DNA of 48,487 bases from a virus (lineage: Duplodnaviria > Caudoviricetes): IMG/VR virus record IMGVR_UViG_3300012862_000042, positions 1 to 48,487 of that record, one strand, 5' to 3'. Below are positions 47,756 through 48,487 of this stretch, piece after piece. Position 1 is the first letter of the stretch. Each line of letters begins with the position of its first letter. Position numbers and translations under genes: made by a program. The notes beneath the pieces are model-generated. The model worked only from the letters and a program-made list of their open reading frames with translations, did not search any database and was not told where the DNA came from.

Positions 47756-48487
47756 ATGAATCACCAAGGAGATTACATCAAATCTATCCTTAGGAATCGA
47801 GGCATTAGCCAGGAAGAATTGGCTAAAAAATTAGGGATGTCCCGTGTTTCTTTAGGAAGCAGGCTAAGCCAACCGGTGTACCAAAACACCGATGAAAAAA
47901 TGAAGATCGTTGATATTCTTCAAATGACCGATAAGGAGAAAGAGACCCTTGATCAGATGGGCGGAGTTCCGATATTAAATCCAGTTTCAATTACATCTAA
48001 TGAGGTTTACGAGATTTCCCCTGGCCGATGGTTAATGACCGTTGAATTAGTGCCGGTTTATGCTCAGGCAGGCTACCTGTCCGGATATGGAGATGATCAT
48101 TTCCTTGAAGAATTGCCGAAGCACTCATTTACTACAAATGTATTAGCCAAAGGGAAATACAGGGCTTTCGAAGTTGCAGGAGATAGTATGGATAATGGAG
48201 ATATAAAGGAAGCAATACCCGATGGTATCGTAGTTGTAGGTAGAGAGGTGGATAAGCAATATTGGACAAGCAAATTCCACACGCACAAATGGCCAAATTG
48301 GCTTTTCGTGCATAGGACCGAAGGAGTTGTTGTTAAACAGATTGCATCACAGAATCTTACTACTGGAGAAATAACATTAACTTCACTTAATCCCGACAAA
48401 ACAAAATACCCTGATTTCACAATCAATCTTGATGATGTGAACCAGGTATATAATGTTATTAAAAGAGAAGTTGACGAGCAGCAATAA
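47756..48487 (+). CDS. cI: CI-like repressor (XRE HTH + S24 peptidase)
   Basis: ISQEELAKKLGMSR HTH; AG site in AQAG; VAGDSM and VVKQI catalytic Ser/Lys. Confidence 0.92.
   Translation: MNHQGDYIKSILRNRGISQEELAKKLGMSRVSLGSRLSQPVYQNTDEKMKIVDILQMTDKEKETLDQMGGVPILNPVSITSNEVYEISPGRWLMTVELVPVYAQAGYLSGYGDDHFLEELPKHSFTTNVLAKGKYRAFEVAGDSMDNGDIKEAIPDGIVVVGREVDKQYWTSKFHTHKWPNWLFVHRTEGVVVKQIASQNLTTGEITLTSLNPDKTKYPDFTINLDDVNQVYNVIKREVDEQQ

Larger units (their letters stand above)
6385..48487. mobile_element. temperate siphovirus-type prophage (boundaries and integrase not in view)
   Basis: Ordered immunity-replication-packaging-head-tail-lysis modules; no sheath gene. Confidence 0.9.

Noticed and set aside
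1-48487. Integrase and att sites
   Set aside because: No tyrosine or serine recombinase and no terminal direct repeat recognised; probably outside the window beyond cI

Overview
Most of this window (about 6.4-48.5 kb) is a near-complete temperate siphovirus-type prophage of a Bacteroidota host, possibly Sphingobacteriaceae-like. The host call is inferred from the DUF3127 SSB, TAnnTTTG promoters and A-rich leaders that mostly lack a Shine-Dalgarno sequence. From the right end it carries: cI and a cro-position gene; a recombination/replication block (RDF-like protein, PD-(D/E)XK nuclease, MazG-like protein, SSB, SF2 helicase, primase-helicase, iteron origin); VRR-NUC and terminase/portal; head, neck and tail genes with a G/GT frameshift; lysis genes; and an OafA-like O-acetylase moron. 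No integrase or att site is visible. Bases 1-4526 look like early genes of a second, oppositely oriented phage remnant. The strongest signal is non-coding and lies in a 6.8-kb accessory island between portal and scaffold. It is a circularly permuted (two-piece), minimised tmRNA with a G3:U70 acceptor stem and tag GNVLQMNRPQVRLAA. Two non-canonical tRNA-like RNAs lie just upstream on the same strand, and a ParA ATPase + HEPN RNase pair lies nearby. A second non-coding signal is a tandem array of about 6 promoter-hairpin-terminator units (candidate sRNAs) at 5.4-6.0 kb. All assignments were made by eye from motifs and gene order; no searches were run.
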